Shown here one piece after another: positions 37,070 to 45,868 of a DNA stretch of 64,000 nt; within the stretch, counting starts at the first letter, position 1, and each line of letters begins with the position of its first letter. The notes below the pieces were generated by a model. It did not search any database. It worked only from the letters and a program-made list of their open reading frames with translations, and was not told the origin of the DNA. The DNA comes from Dokdonella sp. (GTDB taxonomy: Bacteria > Pseudomonadota > Gammaproteobacteria > Xanthomonadales > Rhodanobacteraceae): positions 40,525 to 104,524 of the forward strand of contig NZ_JAHCAQ010000011.1 of NCBI RefSeq assembly GCF_019634845.1, given 5' to 3'. Position numbers and translations under genes: made by a program.

Positions 37070-37618
37070 ATGTTGCGCATCCTCCTTCTCTGTGCCGGTG
37101 CCCTCGCGGTGCCAGCCACCGCGTCCGCACGCGACTGGCAGGTCGATCCCGCTGCCAGCACGCTCGGCTTCAAGGGCAGTTACCAGGGCGATCCGTTCGC
37201 GGGCCGCTTCAAGTCGTTCACGGCGCAGATCGCCTACGACGAGGCCGACCTCGGCAGCGCCCACTTCGACGTCAAGGTCGATCTCGGCAGCGCCGACACG
37301 GCCAGCAGCGAGCGCGACGACACGCTCAAGGGCAGCGATTTCTTCGCGGTGGCCAAGTTCCCGCAGGCGCACTTCGTGACCGACTCGTTCGCCCGCGCCG
37401 CCGATGGCACCGTCACTGCGCAAGGCCGGCTCACGATCCGCGACCAGACCCGCCCGGTCACGCTCAAGCTGCGTTTCGCCGCCGATGGCGCGCAAGCCAC
37501 GCTCGATGTCGACACCGTGCTCAAGCGCGCCGACTTCGGCCTCGGTGCCGGCAGCGACTGGAACGACATCAGCGCCGACATTCCGGTGCATGGCCATCTC
37601 AAGCTCGGCGCGCGCTAG
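37070..37618 (+). CDS. YceI family protein
   Basis: Signal, WQVDPAASTLGF, SADT...RDDTL.GSDFF....FPQA.F, G.LTIRD, LKRADFGLG. Confidence 0.93.
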   Translation: MLRILLLCAGALAVPATASARDWQVDPAASTLGFKGSYQGDPFAGRFKSFTAQIAYDEADLGSAHFDVKVDLGSADTASSERDDTLKGSDFFAVAKFPQAHFVTDSFARAADGTVTAQGRLTIRDQTRPVTLKLRFAADGAQATLDVDTVLKRADFGLGAGSDWNDISADIPVHGHLKLGAR

Positions 37619-38965
37619 GTGAACCGGCTCGGCCAGTGGTGGCAGCGCCTGCGCGGCCGCGCCGCGCCACTGCCGGCCACGGGCGACGGCACGGCGCACC
37701 AGCAGCGGGCGGCCGCCAGCCTGCGGGCGCTGCTCGATGACGGGCAGATACCGGGCGCGATCCGCAGCAGCCTCGCCGCGGACTTCGCACGGCTCGAGGC
37801 GATGCTCGCCAAGCTCGAGCGCGGCGAGCTGCACATCGCCGTGTTCGGCCGCGTCAGTGTCGGCAAGTCCGCGCTCGCCAACGCACTGCTCGGCGAGGAT
37901 GCATTCGAGGTCGGCGTGCTGCACGGCACGACGCGGCAGGCCGCGCAGCGCAGCTGGCGCGAAGTGGCCGGCAGCGGCGTCCACCTCATCGACACGCCCG
38001 GCATCGACGAGCTCGACGGCGAGGCCCGCGAACGCATGGCCTTCGAAGTCGCCGGCGTCGCCGACCTCGTCGTGTTCGTGGTCGATGGCGACCTGACCCA
38101 GCACGAATACGCCGCGCTGCAAACCCTGGCCCGCACGCAGCGCCCGCTGCTGCTCGCGCTCAACAAGGCCGATCGCTATGGCGAGGACGAGGTAGCTGCC
38201 CTGCTCGCGCGCCTGCGCGAGCGCAGCACCGGCCTCGTGCAGGATCTCGACGTGGTCGCAATCGCCGCGCAGCCGGTGCCGGTCAAGCGCGTGCACCTCG
38301 ATGCGCAGGGTCACGAGCAGGTCGAGCTGGTTGCCCGCATGCCCGCCATCGAGGCTCTGTCGGCGCGCCTGGGCGCGATCATCGAACGCGAAGGCAAGAC
38401 GCTGGCCGCACTCAACGCGGGCCTGTTCGCCGGCCGCGTCGCCGACGAAGTCGGCGCGCGCATCGCGCAGGCACGACGTGAACTGGCCGCCAGGGTGATC
38501 CGCCAGTACTGCCTCGCCAAGGCACTCGCAGTCGCGCTCAATCCGATCCCGGTCGCCGACCTGCTCGCCGCCGGCGCACTCGACGCCGCGCTTGTCATGC
38601 ATCTGGGCCGCGTGTACGGACTGCCGCTCACGCGCAGCGAAGCCGGCTCGCTCATCACCGTGATCAGCGCCCAGCTCGTCGCCCTCATGGGCGCGATCTG
38701 GGGCGTGAACCTCGTGGCCAGCGCCCTCAAGGGCCTCAGCGCCGGCGTCTCCGTCCTCGTCACCGCCGGTGCCCAGGGCGCACTGGCCTGGTACGCCACC
38801 GAGCTGGTCGGGCGCGCCGCCGAGAAATACCTCGTCGCCGGCAAGTCGTGGGGCGAACTCGGCCCCAAGCGCGTGGTTGCCGACATCGTCGCGAGCCTCG
38901 ACCGCGACTCGATCCTGCGCGAGGCGCGCAGCGAAATCCTCACCCGCCTGCGCGGTGCGGCCTGA
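37619..38965 (+). CDS. GTP-binding protein with DUF697/YcjF-like C-terminus; paralogue of 34255-35763
   Basis: FGRVSVGKS, LHGTT, LIDTPGIDE, LNKAD, KALAVALNPIPVADL; the GTG start directly follows the yceI TAG. Confidence 0.9.
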   Translation: MNRLGQWWQRLRGRAAPLPATGDGTAHQQRAAASLRALLDDGQIPGAIRSSLAADFARLEAMLAKLERGELHIAVFGRVSVGKSALANALLGEDAFEVGVLHGTTRQAAQRSWREVAGSGVHLIDTPGIDELDGEARERMAFEVAGVADLVVFVVDGDLTQHEYAALQTLARTQRPLLLALNKADRYGEDEVAALLARLRERSTGLVQDLDVVAIAAQPVPVKRVHLDAQGHEQVELVARMPAIEALSARLGAIIEREGKTLAALNAGLFAGRVADEVGARIAQARRELAARVIRQYCLAKALAVALNPIPVADLLAAGALDAALVMHLGRVYGLPLTRSEAGSLITVISAQLVALMGAIWGVNLVASALKGLSAGVSVLVTAGAQGALAWYATELVGRAAEKYLVAGKSWGELGPKRVVADIVASLDRDSILREARSEILTRLRGAA

Positions 38966-39061
38966 CACCCGCGCTCGACGTGCGCGATCCGCACTTTTGT
39001 GGATGGCACAATCAGCGTCGGCTGGCAGCATGCCGTGGTTGGAGCCACCGAGGTTCGCGCC

Positions 39062-40459
39062 ATGCACCCGCCACGCCACCCCGCATTCACAGCGCTTGCG
39101 GCCACCGTTGCACTCGCGGGCAGCGTCCACGCGGCTGGGCCCGGCCTGCATCCCGACGTGCACTACGACGCCACCCGCAACACGCTCACCGTGGTCGGGT
39201 GTGGCTACGCCGCGGTCAACAGCGCGCTGCAGAACGTGAGCAACGGCGGCACCGTCGAAATCGGCGAAGGCCACTGCGACTGGGGCGAGAACGATCCTGC
39301 CCATCCCGGTTCGGACCCGCAGTGGGTCGTGGCTTCGATCACAGGCAAGAACATCAAGGTGCGCGGCGCCGGCGTCGACAAGACGACGCTCCACCGCATC
39401 TCGCCGATCCGCGGCGGCGATGAGCCGCTGCTGTACTTCGGCTGCGGCTCGGGTGCCACGATCGAGATCTCGCACATCCACTTTGTCGGCAACGATGACG
39501 AGCAGGAAGGCGATCCGGTCATGCGCGAAGCCGACCAGGACTCGGGAATCCAGCTGCAGGGACGCTGCCAGAACATCAAGCTGCACGACATGGTGTTCGA
39601 AAAATTCTCCAACGCCGGCATGATGCTGACCGGCCGCACCGCCGAGCAGGACGGCGTGGTCTACGACAACAAGTTCATCTCCAACTACAAGTGCTACCCG
39701 TTGGATCAGCCCGACGAAAGCTACCGCTGCCTCGGTTACGGCGTGGCACTGTGGGGCGCCAACAACTGGCCTGCCCTGCAGCTGGGCGGCGCCAACGCCA
39801 TCTTCATCGAGAACAACAAGTTCTACGACAACCGCCATGCGATCGCGGCCCACATGGGCGCGCGCTACGTGGTGCGCTACAACCGCATCCTCGGCAGTGA
39901 ACGCACCGCGCCGTGGGGCATGCTCGATGCGCACGGCTACCGCTTGGAGCGGAACGGACCGGTGCGCGGCACCCGTAGTTGGGAGATCTACCACAATACG
40001 CTCGGCAGCGAGGCCAGCGGCTCACGCAAGGCCAGCGGCTTCGTGCCGCGCGGCGGTGATGGCGTGTTCTTCGCCAACCACATCCAGGGCCGCATCTCCA
40101 CCACGGCGCTGCTGTTGATCGAAGACTACTTGACCGAATGCGACCCCGACGTCGTGCATCCACCCAACCCACGCCAGTTTTTCCCCGATCAGACCACCGA
40201 GGCGTGGTTCTGGGGCAACATCCATGCGCCCGAGTCGCGCAATCTGTTTCCCGGCAACCCGCCGCCGCTGCAGTATTTCATCACCGCCAGTGGCAGCTAC
40301 GATTGCAGCTACTTCCTGCGTGAAGGTGGTCCCGGCGACCCGCCCGACAGTTGGGAATACACGCAGGCAGCCAAGCCCGGCTACGCGCCCTACACCTATC
40401 CGCATCCGCTGCGCCAGGCGGGCGACCGCATCTTCCAGGACGACTTCGACTGGCTGTAG
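39062..40459 (+). CDS. Secreted parallel beta-helix (pectin-lyase-like) protein
   Basis: Signal MHPPRHPAFTALAATVALAGSVHA; GGTVEIGEG; IKVRGAG.DKT; repeated VYDNKF / IENNKF / VRYNRI / IYHNTL / FFANHI; ends YAPYTYPHPL..GDRIFQDDFD. Confidence 0.8.
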   Translation: MHPPRHPAFTALAATVALAGSVHAAGPGLHPDVHYDATRNTLTVVGCGYAAVNSALQNVSNGGTVEIGEGHCDWGENDPAHPGSDPQWVVASITGKNIKVRGAGVDKTTLHRISPIRGGDEPLLYFGCGSGATIEISHIHFVGNDDEQEGDPVMREADQDSGIQLQGRCQNIKLHDMVFEKFSNAGMMLTGRTAEQDGVVYDNKFISNYKCYPLDQPDESYRCLGYGVALWGANNWPALQLGGANAIFIENNKFYDNRHAIAAHMGARYVVRYNRILGSERTAPWGMLDAHGYRLERNGPVRGTRSWEIYHNTLGSEASGSRKASGFVPRGGDGVFFANHIQGRISTTALLLIEDYLTECDPDVVHPPNPRQFFPDQTTEAWFWGNIHAPESRNLFPGNPPPLQYFITASGSYDCSYFLREGGPGDPPDSWEYTQAAKPGYAPYTYPHPLRQAGDRIFQDDFDWL

Positions 40460-40470
40460 CGGGTCGCGCG

Positions 40471-40501
40471 CCGGCCGCGCAGGCCGCGGCTGCGCGGCCG
40501 G
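40471..40501. terminator. Hairpin between convergent genes
   Basis: ccggccgcgcag-gccgcgg-ctgcgcggccgg, 12-bp stem; no U-tract. Confidence 0.45.
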
Positions 40502-40510
40502 CCAGCACGG

Positions 40511-40741
40511 TCAGGTCCGCGCGAGGAATGCCTGCACTGCGGCCGGGTCGAATGGCCAGTCGAGCTCGCGCCCGCTGCCGGCATCGCGCAGCACCGGCAC
40601 GCGCGTGCCGTAGCGTTCCTCCAGCACCGCATCGGCGTCGATCCAGATGCTGGTGAAGTCGGGCGCTCCGGCCGCGGCGAGCACCGCCAGTGCCGCATCG
40701 CAGAGCTTGCAGTCGTCGCGCTGGTAGAGGATCAGGGCCAT
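40511..40741 (-). CDS. Glutaredoxin-like protein (DUF836 type)
   Basis: LYQRDDCKLCD CxxC, YGTRVPVL, ELDWPFD. Confidence 0.93.
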   Translation of the reverse strand: MALILYQRDDCKLCDAALAVLAAAGAPDFTSIWIDADAVLEERYGTRVPVLRDAGSGRELDWPFDPAAVQAFLART

Positions 40742-40922
40742 GCCGGCTCACAACTGGGGCGGAATCGGCCAACGATGCGGCACGGCCGCGTCGGGTATCG
40801 CGCCGGGCGTCGCCTGCCGCAGGCCGCGATCAGGGTGCGAAGGATATCGTGACGCCGCGCGCTCGGCTCGCGCGCCGCTGCCGGCGTAGAATGCGCCGCT
40901 CCGCCGTCCAGCAGCGCGCATC

Positions 40923-42305
40923 ATGGCCGTCAGCGTTTTCGACATCTTCAAGATCGGTATTGGCCCCTCGTCGTCACATACGGTGGGACCGATGCGCGCC
41001 GCCGCCCGTTTCGTTGCCCGCTGGCTCGACGAGGCCAGCCTGCTCGACACGGTCGTGCGCGTGCGCTGCGAGCTGTTCGGCTCGCTGGCGTTGACGGGCC
41101 GTGGCCACGGCACCGACAAGGCCGTGCTGTGTGGCCTGGAAGGCGCCCAGCCCGACACGATCGACCCCGACCTGATTCCGCCCCTGCTCGAGCGCATCCG
41201 CAGCAGCGGGCGCATTCGCCTGGCGGGTCGCCACGAGATCGACTTCGACGAGAAGTCCGACCTCGTATTCAACAAACGCCAGAAGCTGCCGCTGCATTCC
41301 AATGGCATGCGCTTTGCGGCCTTCGATGCCGATGGCGCCGTGCTGGCCGAGCGTGACTACTACTCGGTCGGTGGTGGCTTCGTGGTCAATGCCGACGAAG
41401 CGGCCAGCGACCGCATCGTGGCCGACACGACGCCGTTGGCATACCCGTTCCGCAGCGGCGATGAACTGCTGCGGCTGTGCCGCCAGCATGACCTCACGAT
41501 CGCCGAGCTCATGCTCGCCAACGAGCAGGCCTGGCGCAGCCAATCGCAAGTGCGCGCGGGCCTGCTGGCGATCTGGGGCGCGATGCAAAGTGGCGTGGCG
41601 CGCGGCGTGCGCGAAAGCGGCACGCTGCCGGGCGGCCTGCACGTGCGCCGACGCGCACCCGAGCTGTACGCCGAGCTGCGCGACCGCCCCGAGGCGGCAC
41701 TGCGCGATCCGCTCACGATCCTCGACTGGGTCAATCTCTACGCCCTCGCGGTCAACGAGGAAAACGCCGTCGGTGGCCGCGTGGTGACCGCTCCGACCAA
41801 CGGCGCGGCCGGCATCATCCCCGCCGTACTGCACTACTACGAACGGTTCTGCGCCGGCGCCAACGAACAGGGCATCATCGACTTCCTGCTCACCGCAGGC
41901 GCAATCGGCATCCTGTACAAGGAGAACGCCTCGATCTCGGGCGCCGAGGTCGGCTGCCAGGGCGAAGTCGGGGTGGCCTGCTCGATGGCCGCCGGCGGCC
42001 TCGTCGCCGCACTCGGCGGCAGCATGGCCCAGGTCGAGATGGCGGCCGAGATCGGCATGGAACACAACCTCGGCCTCACCTGCGATCCGATCGGCGGCCT
42101 GGTGCAGATCCCGTGCATCGAGCGCAATGCGATGGGTTCGGTGAAGGCGATCAATGCCCAGCGCATGGCGATGAAGAGCGATGGCAAGCATCACGTCTCG
42201 CTCGACAAGGTCATCAAGACGATGCGCGAGACCGGCCGCGACATGAAGGACAAGTACAAGGAAACCAGCCGTGGCGGTCTCGCGGTCAACGTGATCGAGT
42301 GCTGA
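40923..42305 (+). CDS. sdaA: L-serine ammonia-lyase (Fe-S dependent)
   Basis: [58 protein letters not shown]. Confidence 0.98.
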   Translation: MAVSVFDIFKIGIGPSSSHTVGPMRAAARFVARWLDEASLLDTVVRVRCELFGSLALTGRGHGTDKAVLCGLEGAQPDTIDPDLIPPLLERIRSSGRIRLAGRHEIDFDEKSDLVFNKRQKLPLHSNGMRFAAFDADGAVLAERDYYSVGGGFVVNADEAASDRIVADTTPLAYPFRSGDELLRLCRQHDLTIAELMLANEQAWRSQSQVRAGLLAIWGAMQSGVARGVRESGTLPGGLHVRRRAPELYAELRDRPEAALRDPLTILDWVNLYALAVNEENAVGGRVVTAPTNGAAGIIPAVLHYYERFCAGANEQGIIDFLLTAGAIGILYKENASISGAEVGCQGEVGVACSMAAGGLVAALGGSMAQVEMAAEIGMEHNLGLTCDPIGGLVQIPCIERNAMGSVKAINAQRMAMKSDGKHHVSLDKVIKTMRETGRDMKDKYKETSRGGLAVNVIEC

Positions 42306-42536
42306 CGCGCGGCTGCGCGCAACCCGGCCAGACGCCAACGGGCGCCACGCGGTCACGCCGTGGTGGTACCGCGCGCGACGCGCACGGTGCCAACGCACCG
42401 GCACCAGCCAAGCTCGATTGCCGACGTCGCCACGATCCGCCGCCGCAAACGACACCCCGCGCCAGCGCCACCACGGCCCCGCGGCCAGGCCGGCGCTGCG
42501 TCCGCCGCCAACCGTCAGCGCGTGTCAATTCGCACC

Positions 42537-42568
42537 AAAAAAAAGGGGCCGGTCGCGAGACCGGCCCC
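42537..42568 (-). terminator. Rho-independent terminator of the S8 peptidase gene
   Basis: Minus strand ggggccggtc-tcgc-gaccggcccc followed by T8, starting 22 nt after the stop codon. Confidence 0.92.
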
Positions 42569-42590
42569 AGTTGCGCATTGCCTCGGTGCG

Positions 42591-45500
42591 TCAGCGCTGT
42601 TGTGGCTCGCGGGAATCGACGTCGAGCGTGATCGGGGTACCGCCACCATTGGTGCCAATGGCGCGGATCAACCAGTTCTTCGCCCAGGTTGCGTCGTAGT
42701 CCGTGTTGAGCACCAGATCGACTGCCGCGGAGGCCAGGTCCGGCGCGGTCGAACCATTGCCGGTGGCATTGCCAAAGTACGAGCGGTTCTGGAACGGACC
42801 GGCATCCCAACTCGACGGACGCCCACCGGTATTGGTTGGGAACGGATTGGACAATGCGATCAGCACGTCCCCAGGACCGTTGACGACCACGGGCGGACTC
42901 AGCGTGATGTCGACGAACGCATTGGCCGGCGTGCCGATCGTGTAGACGGTCGGCGTACCCACCGCCGTCGCACCATTGGTCGGATCACTGTCGTTGTCCT
43001 GGTAGACGAAGACACTGATCTTGTCGCCGGCGGTGTTCCAGCCGGTGCCATTGCCGAAGATCGTTCTCACCTTGGTGATCGTGATCGGGTAATCGGTCGG
43101 ACTCGGCGAGAAACGATTGAGCCACAGCATGCCCGGGGCACATGCGGTCCAGTTCGCACAGCCCAGAGCACCAAAGCTGCTCACCAGTTGATCGACCTTG
43201 AACGTGCAATTGCCGCCGGTGCAGACCACGGTGGGAGGCGCCACCGGCGCCACGCCGCGCACGGCCACCGACAGGTGCTGCGGCGGCGCTGCGCCGCCCG
43301 CCGCCGCGAGATCGACACGCCCGAAGGAATACCCCGTGGTCGGCGCGCCCGTCGCGGTCGCCGTGATCGTGATGGTCTTGGTGAAGCCGGGCTTGAGCGT
43401 GAACGAAGCATCGCTGAAGGTCAGGTGATAGCCGGCCGGATCGACCCCGCTGACCGCCCAGGTGGCCTGCGCGTTGAGGCGGTTGCGGAACGTGCGCGTC
43501 CAACTGCAGCTCGCGCCGCAGGCGCTGTCGCGCATCGACGGCAGGTTGAGCTGCTTCTGGTTGATGCTGCCGCCGGTCGGATTGGCCGCGAGGAACCGGT
43601 CGACCGTCTCGTCCATCGTGAGGCCAGCCAGCGCCGCCTTGCTGAGATCGACGCGCCCGTCACCGACGTCGTCGGGTGTCCACGGCGTGACCCCATCCTG
43701 GATGACGCCGTTCATCGTCGCCGTCGTCATCAGCACCGACTTGACTTCCATCGGCGACCACGACGGATGCACGGCGCGGATCAGCGCGCCGGCACCGGCG
43801 ATAGCCGGCGAAGACATCGATGTGCCGCTCATGAGGCCATAGCTGCCATCGGCGGTCGTCAGCGCCGCGAAGATGTCGACGCCCGGTCCCGTGATGTCGG
43901 GCTTGGTCAGGTTGTCGTACGGCGCCTGCGTCGGACCGCGGAAGCTGAAGCCTGCGAGCACATCACCCTGGCGCGACGAGATCGCAGCGCGGGTGTAGTC
44001 ACCGATCGCGTACTCGACCGGATCGAAGCCGTTGGCGAAGATCACGTCGGGGTCGCTGGCCGGCGGCTCATTCGCGTTGACGAGCGCGATCAAGGGGTCG
44101 CCGGCGGCCTGCACGATGCTGAACGCCGCGACATCAGCCGGCGCGCCCGTCGTGTTCATGTTGATCGTGCCTGCCTGGTTGTTGGCGACGATCACGAAGC
44201 GCGCACCGGCGTTGTAGGCGTTGGTGATCTTTTCGGCAAAATTGCACGTTCCACGGCGCACGATCGCGATCTCGTTGGCCGCGAAGGTATTGGCTGGAAT
44301 GCCGCCCGACGCCGTGCACCCTTCGATGTTGGTCGCGTAGGTGCGCAGCGGATGGCCGCTGAAATTGACGGTATCGGCCGGCGCCAGCGTCGTGCTGCCC
44401 GGATTGAGCTGGACGCCGACCAGCAGCGGGTTGACCGGCGCGGGCGCGGTCACCGTGAGCTGCGGCGAAATGATCTGGTCCTGCGTCGAGGCCGCCACCG
44501 TCATCTGCCACGGGCCGTTGTTGGCAACCAGCCCGGTCGGATTGGTGCAGGTGGAGCGCGTGTTGCCGGCCGAGGCGGCAATGAAGATATCGCTGGCCTC
44601 CATGTCGAGGAACGCGAGGTTGCTCCACGGATTGCCGCCGCCGCAGGTCGGACCGATCGAGTAGTTGACGACGTCGACCTGGTCGATGATGGAGTTGGCG
44701 AACGCCGCTTCGAGATAGTCGCCATACAGCGAACCATCGTTGTGATCGGCAACGCGGTACGAATACACCGTCGCGCATGGCGCCACACCCGACATCGTCA
44801 CGCCATCAGGCAGCAGCGGCGCGGGCGTGACGGTATTGTCGATCGTGTTGCCGGCCGCGGTACTGCCGGTATGCACGCCGTGGCTGCTGGTATCGGCATT
44901 GCCGTCGGGACCATCGCACACGCCATCGACGTCGCTGGTGCAATCACGCGCGTACAGCTTGGGATTGGCCGCGCTGAAACCGCAGGCCGGATCGTTGGCG
45001 AAGGACGGATGCGCCGTGTTGGTGCCGGTATCGATGATGCCGACCTTGATGCCGGCGCCGCGCGTCGCACTCGAATAGTCCGGCACGGCAGTGCCGTCCC
45101 AGATCTTGTCGGCGCCGATGAACTTGGGGCCGCGGAACGTGTCGAGGTGCTGCACGCCGACCGGAGTGACCGCCGCCACGCCCGGCAGCTTGGCGACCTG
45201 CTCGGCCTCGGCCGGCGTCAGCGGCGCCGAGACGGCGTTGCGCGTGACGTCGAACGTGAAGCGGACCGCGAGCGGGTGACCGAGTGCGTTCTCGATCGCC
45301 GTCAGGTGCAAGGTGCGCTGCTGCGCCAGGTAGGCGCGATACGCCTGCGCCTGCGGCGAGCGGATCTGCAGCTTGGGCGAAGCATCGCTGCGGATGCCAT
45401 CCACACCCGGCGCCGTGCGCGCGAACCCCGGAATGCTGCCGTCATAGCGCGCCAAACCGGGCTCGGCGAACGTGATGAAATAGCGACCCGACGGGTTGGC

Positions 45501-45632
45501 GCTGTCCGCCACCTGCACCGTGTCACTGGCCGACAACGCGCGCGTGCCGGCGGCTTCGACCGCCTGCATGCCTGCCCCCGCCAACGCCAGTGCGACGGCA
45601 GAGGCCAAAACCGTAAGTTGTACCGACTTCAT
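42591..45632 (-). CDS. Secreted S8 (subtilisin) serine protease with propeptide, PA domain, Fn3-like domain and extra C-terminal beta domain
   Basis: Signal MKSVQLTVLASAVALAL; triad GIIDTG / HGVHTGSTAAG / SGTSMSSP; PA IAIVRRGTCNFAEKITNA; KPDITGPG; LNLPS..TRTFRN. Confidence 0.95.
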   Translation of the reverse strand: MKSVQLTVLASAVALALAGAGMQAVEAAGTRALSASDTVQVADSANPSGRYFITFAEPGLARYDGSIPGFARTAPGVDGIRSDASPKLQIRSPQAQAYRAYLAQQRTLHLTAIENALGHPLAVRFTFDVTRNAVSAPLTPAEAEQVAKLPGVAAVTPVGVQHLDTFRGPKFIGADKIWDGTAVPDYSSATRGAGIKVGIIDTGTNTAHPSFANDPACGFSAANPKLYARDCTSDVDGVCDGPDGNADTSSHGVHTGSTAAGNTIDNTVTPAPLLPDGVTMSGVAPCATVYSYRVADHNDGSLYGDYLEAAFANSIIDQVDVVNYSIGPTCGGGNPWSNLAFLDMEASDIFIAASAGNTRSTCTNPTGLVANNGPWQMTVAASTQDQIISPQLTVTAPAPVNPLLVGVQLNPGSTTLAPADTVNFSGHPLRTYATNIEGCTASGGIPANTFAANEIAIVRRGTCNFAEKITNAYNAGARFVIVANNQAGTINMNTTGAPADVAAFSIVQAAGDPLIALVNANEPPASDPDVIFANGFDPVEYAIGDYTRAAISSRQGDVLAGFSFRGPTQAPYDNLTKPDITGPGVDIFAALTTADGSYGLMSGTSMSSPAIAGAGALIRAVHPSWSPMEVKSVLMTTATMNGVIQDGVTPWTPDDVGDGRVDLSKAALAGLTMDETVDRFLAANPTGGSINQKQLNLPSMRDSACGASCSWTRTFRNRLNAQATWAVSGVDPAGYHLTFSDASFTLKPGFTKTITITATATGAPTTGYSFGRVDLAAAGGAAPPQHLSVAVRGVAPVAPPTVVCTGGNCTFKVDQLVSSFGALGCANWTACAPGMLWLNRFSPSPTDYPITITKVRTIFGNGTGWNTAGDKISVFVYQDNDSDPTNGATAVGTPTVYTIGTPANAFVDITLSPPVVVNGPGDVLIALSNPFPTNTGGRPSSWDAGPFQNRSYFGNATGNGSTAPDLASAAVDLVLNTDYDATWAKNWLIRAIGTNGGGTPITLDVDSREPQQR

Positions 45633-45807
45633 GTACCACCCCAACCTAAGTGCGCCCTGCAACGCCGCAGGGCAGGCATGCGCATGCCGACAGGCAGCGC
45701 TCGATCGACTTCAGGCACCGCGCGACCACCGCAGTGGAACTGGGCACCGTCGCTTGCTGCACGACAGCAACGGAACCTCGCGTTCCCTCGCGAACCGGTG
45801 ACCGGGC

Positions 45808-45836
45808 TTGATACCACGCTGCGCGCGGGTCGGCAA
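45808..45836 (-). promoter_or_regulatory. Putative sigma70 promoter of the S8 peptidase gene
   Basis: Minus strand TTGCCG-N17-TATCAA with TG one base upstream of the -10, about 175 nt before the ATG. Confidence 0.4.
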
Positions 45837-45868
45837 TCCGCACGCGGGCGGCTGGTCGCGTCCGACCG

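Noticed and set aside
42306..42536. 230-nt gap between sdaA and the S8 terminator
   Set aside because: No tRNA or ncRNA features, repeats or credible ORF seen.
45633..45807. Structured leader of the S8 gene as a possible riboswitch
   Set aside because: Only short hairpins, with no consensus of a riboswitch class I can recognise. An Rfam/Infernal scan would be needed.
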